Shown here: positions 27,501-51,971 of the stretch, in pieces
Layout: each line of letters starts with the position of its first letter
Numbering within the stretch: the first letter of the stretch is position 1
Assembly: GCF_001447785.1 (NCBI RefSeq)
Contig: NW_015173687.1
Coordinates: forward strand, 662,694-726,693
Reading direction: 5' to 3'
Length of the DNA stretch: 64,000 nucleotides
Source: Gekko japonicus
Lineage: Eukaryota
The notes under the pieces: model-generated
Databases searched by the model: none
What the model saw: the letters and a program-made list of their open reading frames with translations, nothing else
What the model was told of the DNA's origin: nothing
Position numbers and translations under genes: made by a program

Positions 27501-27975
27501 TCTGGATCACTTCTATAACTACAAATTTAAAATTGTCATATCTATGACCCATTGAAATAAAATGGTCCATGAGGGGGGCTTCTGTATGTTTGTGTTTAAT
27601 TTTGAACACTTATAGATGTTATATTTGATAAGGTACACACCCTTGTTCAGAAGAAGATCATTGTCGAAACGGCACACCATTCCGGAGACCACCGTCTACA
27701 TTCACTATATATATTACTTATTTTCTGTTATTGTATATTATGATTTATGAATATATTACCAAGCGCTAAATTGTCACAGTTCTTCTTCCTTTTTTCATTA
27801 CTCCAAGGTTTTGGCCAGTTTCCTTTCTTGGTGGGACTCGTCAGCTCCAGGGTCCTGGCAACTACTCCACCTTGCCACAACCCTATTCCCCAGGGCAACT
27901 TACCAGGTACATTTGATATTCAAGACGCTTGCGGGCTTCATCGCTGGGTTTCCTTTTACGGAAGAAGAGCAGCAT
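472..27975 (-). CDS. LRSAM1: E3 ubiquitin ligase LRSAM1 (LRR, coiled coil, SAM, RING); multi-exon, 3' part beyond the window start
   Basis: 18 GT-AG exons translate to [58 protein letters not shown]/...[32 protein letters not shown], matching recalled vertebrate LRSAM1. Phases are consistent except for one break between exons 6152-6251 and 3485-3559, where an exon is not visible (N-gap). Confidence 0.97.
1709..1789 (-). CDS. LRSAM1: LRSAM1 exon
   Basis: [27 protein letters not shown], 81 bp. Confidence 0.95.
2193..2385 (+). mobile_element. About 200-bp hAT MITE family (TIR CAGTGTTCCCTCTAAG)
   Basis: Six copies in the window: 2193-2385, 4192-4398, 9128-9334, 13518-13721, 49762-49957, and a partial copy at about 53655-53780. 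Confidence 0.85.
3485..3559 (-). CDS. LRSAM1: LRSAM1 exon
   Basis: [25 protein letters not shown], 75 bp. Confidence 0.95.
4192..4398 (-). mobile_element. hAT MITE copy
   Basis: Reverse-orientation copy of 2193-2385. Confidence 0.85.
4751..4936. repeat. Local tandem duplication (about 82-96-bp unit, two copies)
   Basis: TAATGGCTATTCCTGGTAGT...CCTCTGAACATGAAAAGT.ACTACTAAAAGCTATAGGCTGAAGCCTGGG at 4751-4846 and 4855-4936. Confidence 0.85.
5266..5518. other. Assembly gap (253 N)
   Basis: N-run; other gaps at 8388-8412 and 9521-9805. Confidence 1.
6152..6251 (-). CDS. LRSAM1: LRSAM1 exon
   Basis: [33 protein letters not shown], 100 bp. Confidence 0.95.
6605..6994 (+). mobile_element. hAT-type MITE (GC-rich)
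   Basis: TIRs CAGAGGTCATTTC / GAAATGACCCCTG; perfect 8-bp TSD GCTGTACG. Confidence 0.88.
7240..7310 (-). CDS. LRSAM1: LRSAM1 exon
   Basis: [23 protein letters not shown], 71 bp. Confidence 0.95.
7540..8226 (+). mobile_element. CR1 LINE 3' fragment
   Basis: [11 protein letters not shown]...[28 protein letters not shown]; (TTCTTATG)n tail. Confidence 0.92.
8312..8356 (-). CDS. LRSAM1: LRSAM1 exon
   Basis: [15 protein letters not shown], 45 bp. Confidence 0.93.
9128..9334 (+). mobile_element. hAT MITE copy
   Basis: Copy of 2193-2385. Confidence 0.85.
9409..9882 (+). mobile_element. hAT-type MITE, same family as 6605-6994 (contains an N-gap)
   Basis: Same termini; degenerate TSD GTATGTAT/GAATGGAT. 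Confidence 0.8.
10129..10229 (+). mobile_element. Squam3-like tRNA-SINE head fused to the BovB 5' end
   Basis: TTTGGTGTAGTGGTTAAGTGCGCGGACTCTAATCTGGGAGAACCGGGTTTGATTCCCC with A and B boxes; same family as the copy at 15621-15900. Confidence 0.85.
10230..11580 (+). mobile_element. BovB (RTE-clade) LINE, 5'-truncated reverse-transcriptase region
   Basis: ORFs 10329-10544 and 10686-11555 with [13 protein letters not shown] and [11 protein letters not shown]; (CAA)n tail at about 11568-11580. Confidence 0.95.
12089..12312. mobile_element. hAT-type MITE
   Basis: TIR CAGGGCCGGC / GCCGGCCCTG; perfect 8-bp TSD CCAGTGGA. Confidence 0.9.
12517..12656 (-). CDS. LRSAM1: LRSAM1 exon (coiled coil)
   Basis: [47 protein letters not shown], 140 bp. 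Confidence 0.95.
12989..13430. mobile_element. Penelope-like element remnant (inverted pseudo-LTR pair)
   Basis: About 190-bp imperfect inverted arms carrying the CTGAAGAAGTGAGC...GAAAGCT motif, 33-bp tail, TSD ATATGTGTA(T/C)ATGG at 12975-12988/13431-13444. Confidence 0.85.
13518..13721 (-). mobile_element. hAT MITE copy
   Basis: Reverse copy; flanks share GCAGGGA. Confidence 0.85.
14162..14284 (-). CDS. LRSAM1: LRSAM1 exon (coiled coil)
   Basis: [41 protein letters not shown], 123 bp. Confidence 0.95.
15276..15305 (-). CDS. LRSAM1: LRSAM1 micro-exon
   Basis: [10 protein letters not shown], 30 bp, ttcag/gtaag. Confidence 0.92.
15621..15900 (-). mobile_element. Squam3-like tRNA SINE
   Basis: tRNA-like head, CCTCACAGGGTGTCTGTTGTGGGG body, (TTC)n tail. 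Confidence 0.88.
16634..16933 (+). mobile_element. CR1 3' UTR fragment
   Basis: Near-identical to 7918-8220. Confidence 0.85.
17544..18370 (-). mobile_element. L1/Tx1-type LINE 3' fragment (zf-RVT)
   Basis: ORF 17829-18359 with [19 protein letters not shown]; TSD TTTTGCTTGT at 17534-17543/18371-18380. Confidence 0.9.
19054..19184 (-). CDS. LRSAM1: LRSAM1 exon
   Basis: [21 protein letters not shown]...NNEAEWQ, 131 bp. Confidence 0.95.
19826..19916 (-). CDS. LRSAM1: LRSAM1 exon
   Basis: [30 protein letters not shown], 91 bp. Confidence 0.95.
20473..20594 (-). CDS. LRSAM1: LRSAM1 exon (LRR)
   Basis: [41 protein letters not shown], 122 bp. Confidence 0.95.
21717..21801 (-). CDS. LRSAM1: LRSAM1 exon (LRR)
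   Basis: [28 protein letters not shown], 85 bp. Confidence 0.95.
22809..22877 (-). CDS. LRSAM1: LRSAM1 exon (LRR)
   Basis: [23 protein letters not shown], 69 bp. Confidence 0.95.
23237..23314 (-). CDS. LRSAM1: LRSAM1 exon (LRR)
   Basis: [26 protein letters not shown], 78 bp. Confidence 0.95.
24069..24113 (-). CDS. LRSAM1: LRSAM1 exon
   Basis: [15 protein letters not shown], 45 bp. Confidence 0.95.
24808..25004 (-). mobile_element. Squam2-like tRNA SINE
   Basis: Reverse complement GGGGTTGTAGCTCAGTGGCAGAGCAC...GCATGCAGAAGGTC. Degenerate relatives at about 17010-17140, 19500-19650, 21090-21470 and 33235-33412. Confidence 0.75.
25448..25504 (-). CDS. LRSAM1: LRSAM1 exon
   Basis: [19 protein letters not shown], 57 bp, AG/GT. 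Confidence 0.95.
26686..27799 (-). mobile_element. Penelope-like retroelement, 5'-truncated, with inverted pseudo-LTRs
   Basis: GIY-YIG C-terminal ORF 27373-27609 (APLMDHF...[21 protein letters not shown]). 183-bp inverted repeat 26719-26901/27617-27799, 33-bp tail, TSD ACTCCAAGGTTTTG at 26672-26685/27800-27813. Confidence 0.92.
27904..27975 (-). CDS. LRSAM1: LRSAM1 first coding exon
   Basis: [24 protein letters not shown], donor gtaagt; probable acceptor at 28009/28010. Confidence 0.95.
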
Positions 27976-28326
27976 CTTCCTCCTGTCTCCCTGGATCTCG
28001 ACTCAATGCCTGAAGATGGTCAATGGAAAAGACAGGTGAGCCAGAAAGGGAAGAGCAACAAGAATTTCTGGATCATCTCAATATCCGTCTGACAATTACC
28101 TATCTTGTCAGACAGGTTCTGCTTGATAAGCACCTCCTCGAAGCTATTTCAGAAGTACTTCTCAGCGGAACTCCCAGCCTTGCTTATGTGTTAAAAATAC
28201 TTCTGCCAATTCACGTGGGCAGGAAAAATGCCTAGATCAAGTCTCATATTTTCTATAGATCTAAGAAGGAAGAGCTTCAATCCCCCTGCCTCTGTACTGG
28301 GAAACTACATACTTAAATGCCATATT

Positions 28327-28478
28327 ATAAGAACATGAGAGAAGCCAATGTTGGATCAGGCCAATGGCCCATCCAGTCCAACACTCTGTCACACAGTGGC
28401 CAAAAATACCAGGTGCCATCAGGAGGTCCAGCAGTGGGGCCAGGACACTAGAAGCCCTCCCACTGTTGCTCCCCCCAA
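28327..28478 (-). mobile_element. CR1 3' UTR fragment
   Basis: Reverse complement of the 8070-8220 segment. Confidence 0.85.
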
Positions 28479-28711
28479 GCTATTATACCTGAAAGAGGAC
28501 CAGAAACAATCCAGGTTGTTGGAACTGCAGGAGGAGTCAATGGAGACCAATTCCCTAGAAAATATGGCTTGACAATTAAAACATAGCTGATGCCTTATAA
28601 ACAGCCCTTTCATTTTCACTACGTTCCAAGTGTGGAATCACTGAAGAAAGCATTACTCACTAGGGTGGCCAGGTCCTCCCTGGCCACCAGCAGTGTAGGG
28701 GGGAGGTATGG

Positions 28712-29175
28712 TTAGTTTACTTCAATGATACAGCTTTACCAGCCTAAGGACCATGAGCTGAATCACAATAAAATCCCCTGTGATAAAATCACTCAGTCAT
28801 TTTCGATTGATCATTACCCTGGACATTTTTTTGCAACTGATCTTTCTTATATGCGTGAGCAGCCCACACTCTAAAAGACAGTGCTCCAATGTGTTTATCT
28901 GCCCCAATGCACAGAAGCATGTCCTATCAGAGTAAGGCCTATTACTATATCGACCATATAATAACTGAGATGGAATTGCATTCAGCCACGATAGCATAAA
29001 AGCTGTACCGTAGCGTGGCAGTTAGGAAAATATATATATATATACACACACACACATATGCAGGAGGGCCTTGCGGATACAAAAGACTCAAGCAGACAGG
29101 GGAACAAACCCTTCGAGCTCGCATACATAAGGTAAATAGATCTAATTCAAAAAGCCACTTGGCTAAGGCTGTTGA
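28712..29175 (-). mobile_element. LINE 3' fragment with C-terminal CCHC finger (RTE-X-like)
   Basis: LNAIPSQLLYGRY..RPYSDRTCFC..GQINTLEHCLLEC; family assignment is inference. Confidence 0.65.
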
Positions 29176-29192
29176 TTCCATAGGCAGGGAAG

Positions 29193-29394
29193 CAGGGTTG
29201 CCAGCTCCAGGTTGGGAAACTCCTAGAGATTTGGGGGTGGAGCCTGGGGAGGACACAGACCTCAGTGGAGTACAGTGCCGCAGAGTCCACCCTCCAAAGC
29301 ATCCATTTTCTCCAGGGGAATTGATTTCTGGAGTCTGGAGATCGGCTGTAATTCTGGGGGATCCCCAGGTACCACCTGGAGGCTGGCACCCTTA
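29193..29394. mobile_element. MITE with AGGGTTGCCA...TGGCA(A)CCCT termini
   Basis: Inverted termini; degenerate relative at about 25195-25372. Confidence 0.7.
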
Positions 29395-31981
29395 TTACTT
29401 ACTCATTTCCCCCTTCGTAAACCAACCTAACGAGGGTGAGTACCCAGATCAGTCACTTTTCAAACTGGTGTGAATGCAAGCTCTATAGATTTTGTGATGT
29501 CATATATAACAGAATATATTGCCAGAGGCTCAGAATTAATCAAAAATGAAGGGTTCATATGTGCACTGATATGAACATTTGCAAGTGGCACACAAGTCAG
29601 TTCTTCCTTCTCCAGAAACAGTTGAAACTGGAGCTGACTGCCTTTGGAAATTAATTTTAAATAGAACTGCCCACCTCATAGGAGCTGTCTCCTTATATCA
29701 TTTACCAGGATCTTACGACTGGAAAGAAAAAAACAAATTACATGAAGGCACGGGAACAAGATTTAAGGGAACAGTTCAGAGAAGATGTTCATGATCAAAT
29801 ATAGCAATCATCATCTCCCTTAAATGCAAGATTAATTAATGTGAAATAAATCACAATAAAAGGGAACCGCCAACAGCACTTAATGCCAAATAAACTCAAA
29901 TGGTGTTCACTGACCAACTCTGATCTGTGCTGACAGAACTGTGGCCGGAAGGGTAATTTATTTCATAGCTGGTGGGCCTGCCCTATGGTCCTGAAAAAAT
30001 GGAGTGACGTCTCCAACACAGAGAATGAGTCATTGAATACATTCTAATACCAAAAGACCCTAAAATTACCCTTCTGAATTTCCAGCAAGTGGGAACTGAT
30101 CTCCTCTCTTTTAACAGATGCAAGAATGCAAACCGCAGCACAGTGGAAAAGTAAACAATTCCCATCAGTACAAAAGTGGACTGAAAGAATATGGGATCAT
30201 ATTCAATAAAATAACGACACAATGAGATTAAAGACAGTAAAAGACCTATAAGCCACTTCCTTTATGTTTTCATTATACTTGGAACAGGACTTCTATATAT
30301 TTGTTTAGAAAGGCATTCTTTCTTTGTTCTCAATACATTACAGTGCCATCTCATGCAGAGTGACTCCAGGCTAGGCCCCTTGATTACATTGGGCTGAGGC
30401 TGGAGTATCTTTGCATAGTATGGGACTATAACAGACAAAGGGAGCCCTGACTCTAGAAAGCTTAAACCCTAAAAATCTCTTTGGTCTCTAAGTTGCTACT
30501 GGATTCAAATAGTACTGCAGACCAACACAGCTACTTCCTGAAACTGTAACAGAGTTACACCCTTCTATTTCCACTGAAGGCAATGGGCTGCAGGAGGAGA
30601 GCAAGAAGCTGCTGCGCTCTACTTACAGAGCTTTTTATCTATTTTATTATCTCTATTTCTTCTCTCTCTTCTGGCTGTCTTTGCTGGCAGCTTATCTTCC
30701 TAGTCTTTTTTATTTTAACTGGGATTTTATCTAGACGTGGAAGGGAGGGAAAGTGGAAGGGATTTCCTGGGTTGTGTGTCATCCATGCTCTGCAGAGTGG
30801 TTTTTTTTGTTTTGCTATTTTACCTATTTAGTATTTATTTTAACCTATAAGTTCCCCATTAGTTCCTGGAGGATAAGAGTTATGAGAGACAGTTAGTGTT
30901 TTGTACCTTTGGTATTTACTCTCCTTGGGACTTTATCTCGTTACGTAGATAACTTGTGCAATGGGTTGCATGCCACGGAGGATTTCTATGAGCGCAACCT
31001 AACTTGCACAAAAGTGGAAGTGCCAAAATTACCTCCTTGCCGTCTCCTTTTGCTAAGTGGAAGCACTGCATCCCCACTGTCTTTTCTATCTGCCCAAGCT
31101 ATAGCATCAAGGATTTCGTCTGAAACAATTTCAAAACATAATTCAATATCATCTGAACCACCTGTTGTCCACTCCATTGCTCAATATGGACACTTATTTT
31201 ATTAAAAATTATAATAAAACATTGTTGTCGAAAAAATTCTTTGTTGCTGCAGCCGTTGTGCTACTACTCACATAAACAAAACTGAGCTATGTACATTTTT
31301 TTCTTGCTCATGCATCGCAAAATCCAATCCAGTGGGCTTAGAAGGGGTATAACTCTGCTTAGGGTGGCACTGTGACTCATGCAATGTGCCCTCTGACACC
31401 TTATACCTTGGTAACCTATTTTCTTTTCCTGTGCTCTGATGAAACCATATGATGTATATCTTGCTGGTGTCTCAAAAAAGGAATCAAAATATTGCTTTAA
31501 CATTCTTAATACTGCTGATGCAGTTATTTGTACATATTCAGAATGTTTTGTTTTATTAACATATTGTGTACTATTTGTATGAATGGATGTTTCTATGAAA
31601 AGTTAAATAATTAAGAAAACAAGACTTCTTCCTCTACCTTGTCAACCCTGACAGGATCTGGAAGAAAGCCATTGTGGCGCAGTGTTCAGGGTGTCAGACT
31701 AGGTTCTGAGAGACCCAGGTTTGAATCCCCACTCTGTCATGGAAGCTCACTGGATAATTTTGGGCCAGTCACATCCTGGATAAAACGGAGAAGGAGAAAA
31801 CACTGGAAGCATAAACTTTCATAGATTAGGACCCGCTTTGTCAGAGGAAATGGACTCCAATCCGCAACTTACAACTTCTGTTGTAAGGTGCCACAGGACA
31901 TTTTTTTTTTATTTTGTTGTTGTTTCACTTTAACATGCTGATGCCTCTGGAATAAATAAAAAGGGATAATAAAAGAACTAT

Positions 31982-32250
31982 GAAGAAGAAGAAGAGGAGG
32001 AGGAGGAGGAGATTGGATTTCACTCAGAATCTCAGAGCAGCTTACAAACTCCTTTCCCTTCCCCTCCCCACAACAGACACCCTGTGAGGTAGGTGGGGCT
32101 GAGAGAGCTCTGAGAGAACTGCTCTTTCCAGAACAGCTCTGACAGAACTATGGCTTGCCCAAGGTCATCCAACAGCTGCAAGTGGAGGAGTGGGGAATAA
32201 AGCCTGGTTCTCCCAGATTAGAGTCTGCCCACCTAACCACTACACCAAGC
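31982..32250 (-). mobile_element. Squam3-like tRNA SINE
   Basis: Same family as 15621-15900. Confidence 0.85.
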
Positions 32251-33504
32251 AGAGACCAATAGCCACACAAAAACAGTAAGCAGATTGAAAAGCCTCTATT
32301 AGGCTAAAATGGAAACTAAAAATACTTTGAGAGACTAAAAGCTCCCTGAAACAGTTTTAACATGATTTCAAAAAGTCAGAAGCAAAGGGAGAACAAACAG
32401 AGGCCTGTGTTTCATTACACTGGACATAAGGGATTTCAAGTGGTGAGAATCCTGATACCCAACTATGGGCTGCTGGAAGCCGCCACTATAACAACTTAAG
32501 ATCTTGACAATGGAAGCACTTTATTGTTAAATGTAATGTGTTGATTATAATTTTTATGGTTTATTGGATTTTATGTATGGGCTTATGCCCCTTGTAAGCC
32601 GCCCTGAGCCCGCTTGCGGGGAGGGCGGGGTAAAAATGTCCAAATAAATAAATAAATAAATAAAGGTCAGCAACAGGCAGTCCTTGGTGTAAATTGGGGG
32701 GGGGGATGTGAGAGTCCTAACCTTGAGGCTTGCCATTATTTTATGAACAAACTAGCCTGTTTGGGAGAGAATCCCAGGAACGTGTTGAGGCAGCTTGTCA
32801 CACAGGAACAAAGACAGGATGACCCATTGACTACAGGCCACAGGAGGGAGCTTTATGCCTTCAAAAGCAGCATAAACGGGCAGAAATGCAACAGGTGTGG
32901 TATTGCTTGGTATGGGCATATAGTGCCAGGAAAAGGAGTCTTTTAAGCAGCTGTCTGGAAGTTAGAAATAATACGGCACAGGCATTCTGCCAAACTAACT
33001 CTCAAAACTGCCAGACTCTGAGCCTTTAAATGTTGCATAACAGCAAATTCCCAGCAGGAAGACACAGTGATGGCAAATGCATGAGCTGGTGGATTTCTAT
33101 CTATCAGGCAGCTGGTAAAGGCATGAGTGCTGCCAAGACAAATGACAGCCCTGGCATGCTAATTTTCTGTGTGTCTGGTTGAGGGGGCAAGATCTGTAAG
33201 AGCATTCAGTCTTGTGATCCATAGTGTTGTGGATGAGTTGTAGGTCAATGGTAGAGACCTGCTTTGTACAGACAGTCCAAGCTTCAGTTCTGGGCATCTC
33301 CAGTGAAGGGATTTCAGGTAGTGAGAATCCTGATCCTGTGAGATTTGCTGCTTGTCAAGAGTTGACAGTCCCAGGCTAGATGGATCAATAGCCTGGCTCT
33401 GTATAAAATACATGCAGTCTGAAATGATAGCCTAGGTAGTTATTTCCCCTTGCCTCAATGAGAACTAGGTGCTTAAAGCATTGCCATCATTTTAAAGGTT
33501 AAAT

Positions 33505-33650
33505 AAAACAGGAGTACAGTGGCACCTTAAAAGACTAATAAAATTTATTCCCAAATAAATGTTTGTGAGATAAGAGTTCACTTCCTGAGATGCACACGGG
33601 TGTAAATCCATCAGGTCTGTTCTATACACAACAGAAGGGGAGGTATAAAC
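33505..33650 (-). mobile_element. Degenerate Penelope pseudo-LTR fragment
   Basis: GGCACCTTAAAAGACTAATAAAATTT...TTCACTTCCTGAGATG, similar to the copies at 13.0 and 52.7 kb. Confidence 0.6.
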
Positions 33651-33939
33651 AAACTTGTGCAAAACAAGATCCAATACAAAGAGTACTAACCAATTCACTC
33701 AGCATGGGTGTGAGGCATTTCCACCTGTCATTAGATAGGCAAAATAATCAAGTGTAGGATGTAGTGCGATAAAAAGATACAGTAGGAAATTATAGAGGTA
33801 CAGCTGGAGTAATCAACATCCGTATGTGGTGGGAAATGCAAGGTATTAGAACCTATAGTGACTAAGAAATGAGATATCCTGCAGACTTTGACAGCTGCTT
33901 GACACCAACAAAAGCAGGTCCTTGGTAAGAGGTTACTAG

Positions 33940-34120
33940 CCCAGGCTAGCATGATCTTGTCAGGGTTGGCCCTGGCTAGTATTTGGATGGGAGACCTCCA
34001 AGGAATACCAGGGTCATGACACGGAGGCAGGCAATGGTAAATAATCTCTGGTCTCTTGCCTTGAAAACCCTACAGGATCTCCATAAGTAAGCTGTGACTT
34101 GACAGCACTATTCACCACCA
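33940..34120 (+). mobile_element. 5S-derived SINE
   Basis: GGCCCTGGCTAGTATTTGGATGGGAGACC...GGCAGGCAATGG...CCTTGAAAACCC. Confidence 0.75.
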
Positions 34121-34559
34121 GTAAGAGTGGTGAAGGTGAACTAAAGGCATTTCAACCTCACGTCCCCCACTCTCCATTTGCCAAACCTAGCTGCACCAGT
34201 CTGATTTCCTGTAGCGGAGGATGTAGCCTGTATGACAGGTAGGAATCCAACAGGTGCAACCTTGCCCAGCAATGGGGAGCAGAACTGAAGCAAAGCAGCT
34301 TCAGTTTTGCCTTCTCCACTCCTTATTTGCCAAGCAACGCTGCACCCGTTGGATTCCTATCGGTCACATCTCCCTGGCTGACAAAAACTCCGTGAGCTTT
34401 AGCCAGCACGGCAGTAACCCAAATTTTGCATCTGGCACACTGCAGCAACTGGAGAGACGAACCCCAGACTCTCGTGGACACACCCAGCATCAGAACAGGG
34501 CGGAGGCTTTTGTGGAGCAGCTCCACCCCCCGCCCCCCATGCTGGCTTCAAGCCCAGGA

Positions 34560-34930
34560 CCGAGGGACCTACGAGACACCCCGCCCACGCGGCCGATCCC
34601 TTACCGCGCCTCGTACTCACCGGCTCATAGCTACACCTACACCGATCCTTAATCCTTTCTCGTTACCAACAAGAACCACCTCAGGAACTTCCCGGATCCT
34701 CCCCGGTCTCCGCCCCCATGCTTGTCATATCCCATGAACACCCTCTCCCTCGCCTCCCACAAAGACTACAGCCCAGAGCGTTCGTCGAAGATAGCCCCAA
34801 AGCTGTTCCCCGAAACTAAAATGGCGTAATGAGCCTCGCTGGCTGGAGACTGTATTTTGTCAGTGCCCAAAACAGTCATGGCGGAGAAGGGCGATAGAAT
34901 CTCACGAGACTGGTACTTGGGAAAACCGTC
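34560..34930 (-). promoter_or_regulatory. Probable LRSAM1 promoter and non-coding first exon (CpG-rich)
   Basis: CpG-rich. Two minus-strand donors (CG/gtaagg near 34604, CG/gtgagt near 34620), YY1-like AAAATGGCG 34818-34826, and a TCTCACGAGA variant of the TCTCGCGAGA motif at 34900-34909. Confidence 0.6.
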
Positions 34931-35016
34931 GAAGATGTAAAATTAGATTGATTGAGGTAATTTTAAACCATAGAGATACACAGCCGTAGAATGTTTTATT
35001 AGACACTATCCTACAA

Positions 35017-35612
35017 TGGACTTGTCTACACATCCAACTATTCTGTGGGGAAACTGTACAACATGTAAAAATCATTACAGGAAAATTATTTACCTTTTAT
35101 TCTGGAAGTTATATTGTTAAGACTACTGAAAAGATCCTTTAGATTAAATAACAAGAAATAGTATCGACTTTATTGTCCATAGCTGGAATGACGATTGCAA
35201 CTAAATGGAAAGACAGCGCTCCTCCTGCTATTGAATCTTGGCAAAATAGAATATGGGATAATTTTATAATGGCAAAGACATCAGACTCCTTATCTCATTT
35301 GGAGTCTAATAGTTATATACCAAAATTTGTAGAAACGTGGTTTCCGATTGTTCAATATTTGGCTGAAAACGATATTATTCCAAAAATCCGTTATATTCGA
35401 CTAAGTTTTTTTTTTTTTGCGTAGACAGATAATCTTTATTTATAAAAAAGTAATCTCTCTTATATATTTGTTTAAAATTTTGTCTTATATAATGATTAAT
35501 AAGTATTTTAATATTTTATTACATTTTAAAACTCAGTTGTAATTGTCATAACGGACATTGTTTTGTTTGTTAAAAAATCTGAACACAAATAAAGTTTTTT
35601 TAAACAAGAAAG
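35017..35612 (+). mobile_element. L1-type LINE 3' fragment between the LRSAM1 and RPL12 promoters
   Basis: WTCLHIQLF...IATKWKDSAPPAIESWQNRIWD...FVETWFPIVQYL, homologous to the 17.8-kb ORF. AATAAA and A-rich tail; TSD TATCCTA(C/T)AA at 35007-35016/35613-35622. Confidence 0.85.
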
Positions 35613-35699
35613 TATCCTATAACATTCAATTGGTTTTCCTCCATACAAGGGATAGAGCACCACCACCACTCAATCAAGCCAGTCTGGGCTTTCAATTTA

Positions 35700-35944
35700 A
35701 CACCAGAAGTTTAGCCTGCGCGTGTGTCAAAGAGAAAGGGTTTTTTTTGTCCCTGCGGCAAACGCACGCCTGAGATTTCCTTGGCGTCGTGACGTCTAAT
35801 CTCGCGAGATCTTAGCGTCTATATGGTCTGAGATCCCGGATGGAACAGTCTCTTGCCATCTTTACGGCAGAAAACTGGTGTCTGTTGGTCATTGAATCCG
35901 TTTCAATCCTTCCCGGTGCTTAGCCCGGCACTCCTCGCGACGTC
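35700..35944 (+). promoter_or_regulatory. RPL12 promoter and 5' UTR
   Basis: Palindrome ATCTCGCGAGAT 35799-35810 (TCTCGCGAGA/BANP-type motif), TGACGT half-CRE, TATA-like TATAT near 35820, and a pyrimidine TCT/TOP-like initiator about 30 bp downstream near 35849. Confidence 0.7.
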
Positions 35945-43111
<7,167 letters not shown>

Positions 43112-43177
43112 GACTGCAGCCCGTGTGAACTCAACATCGCAAGCTCCGCAGAGCCCTGCAATCCTGTGACTGTTCAG

Positions 43178-43183
43178 AATAAA
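43178..43183 (+). terminator. RPL12 polyadenylation signal
   Basis: AATAAA about 66 nt after the stop, followed by a GT/T-rich downstream element. Confidence 0.8.
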
Positions 43184-43952
43184 GATGCAATTTGTGTCAA
43201 CATGTCTGTTTTGTTCAGAGGTCTGGTTCTTCGGGATGGGGGGAGGGCTGTGCTTTTCTTTTCCACCTCATGCCTGTACTCGAGATCAGAGCTGAATGTG
43301 ACATTCTTGGACACTGTTGCCCTTTCACCCACAGACTGAGCTGAGATTAGACATACAGCAGGGTAACCAGGATTTTGTGAAAACAAGAGCAGAATTCTGT
43401 ACGTTTTTAAATAGTAGAAGTGTGGCTGCTGCCCTGGGTTACTTTTGGAGGAATCAGGGGTGTTGGGTGGGTAAACATGTGAGTAGTTAGGTGAATTTCA
43501 ATGGTTATGTCCCCCAAATTGTATGATATTTCATCTTTGGCTGCAGCACACTCTAGAAGTCTACAGCTTTAGTTAACATATTTGTGTGCAGATTAAATTT
43601 CCGCCTGCTCCCTCTGGAATTTGGAGTCTTAAATTTAAGGAAGCAAGGGTGGAACACTACATTAGCAGAAAGGATTTTGAGAGGGTCAGTTGCCTTACTC
43701 ATTTCCTTAGTATTTAGAAACCTCCTTGAGAAGCTTCTGTGCTCACATGCACACACCAGTCATTCTGCTGTTCCACTTGCACGCAGCAATCATTCTCAGG
43801 TTGGTTTTCTCGACCCTTCTTCCGCTTGTGACTGGTGCAGACACTCAACTAAGAACAGTAGGGAAGGTGCTCTGTTTTTAATAAATTCAGGCTGTATTCA
43901 TAACATGAGCTGCCTTGAACGCTATATTGAACAGTAGGAGGGTGCCGCAGAA

Positions 43953-51971
<8,019 letters not shown>

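Noticed and set aside
30986-31177. 63-aa minus-strand ORF as an upstream LRSAM1 coding exon
   Set aside because: No similarity to LRSAM1, whose ATG exon is at 27904-27975; probably an unclassified TE fragment.
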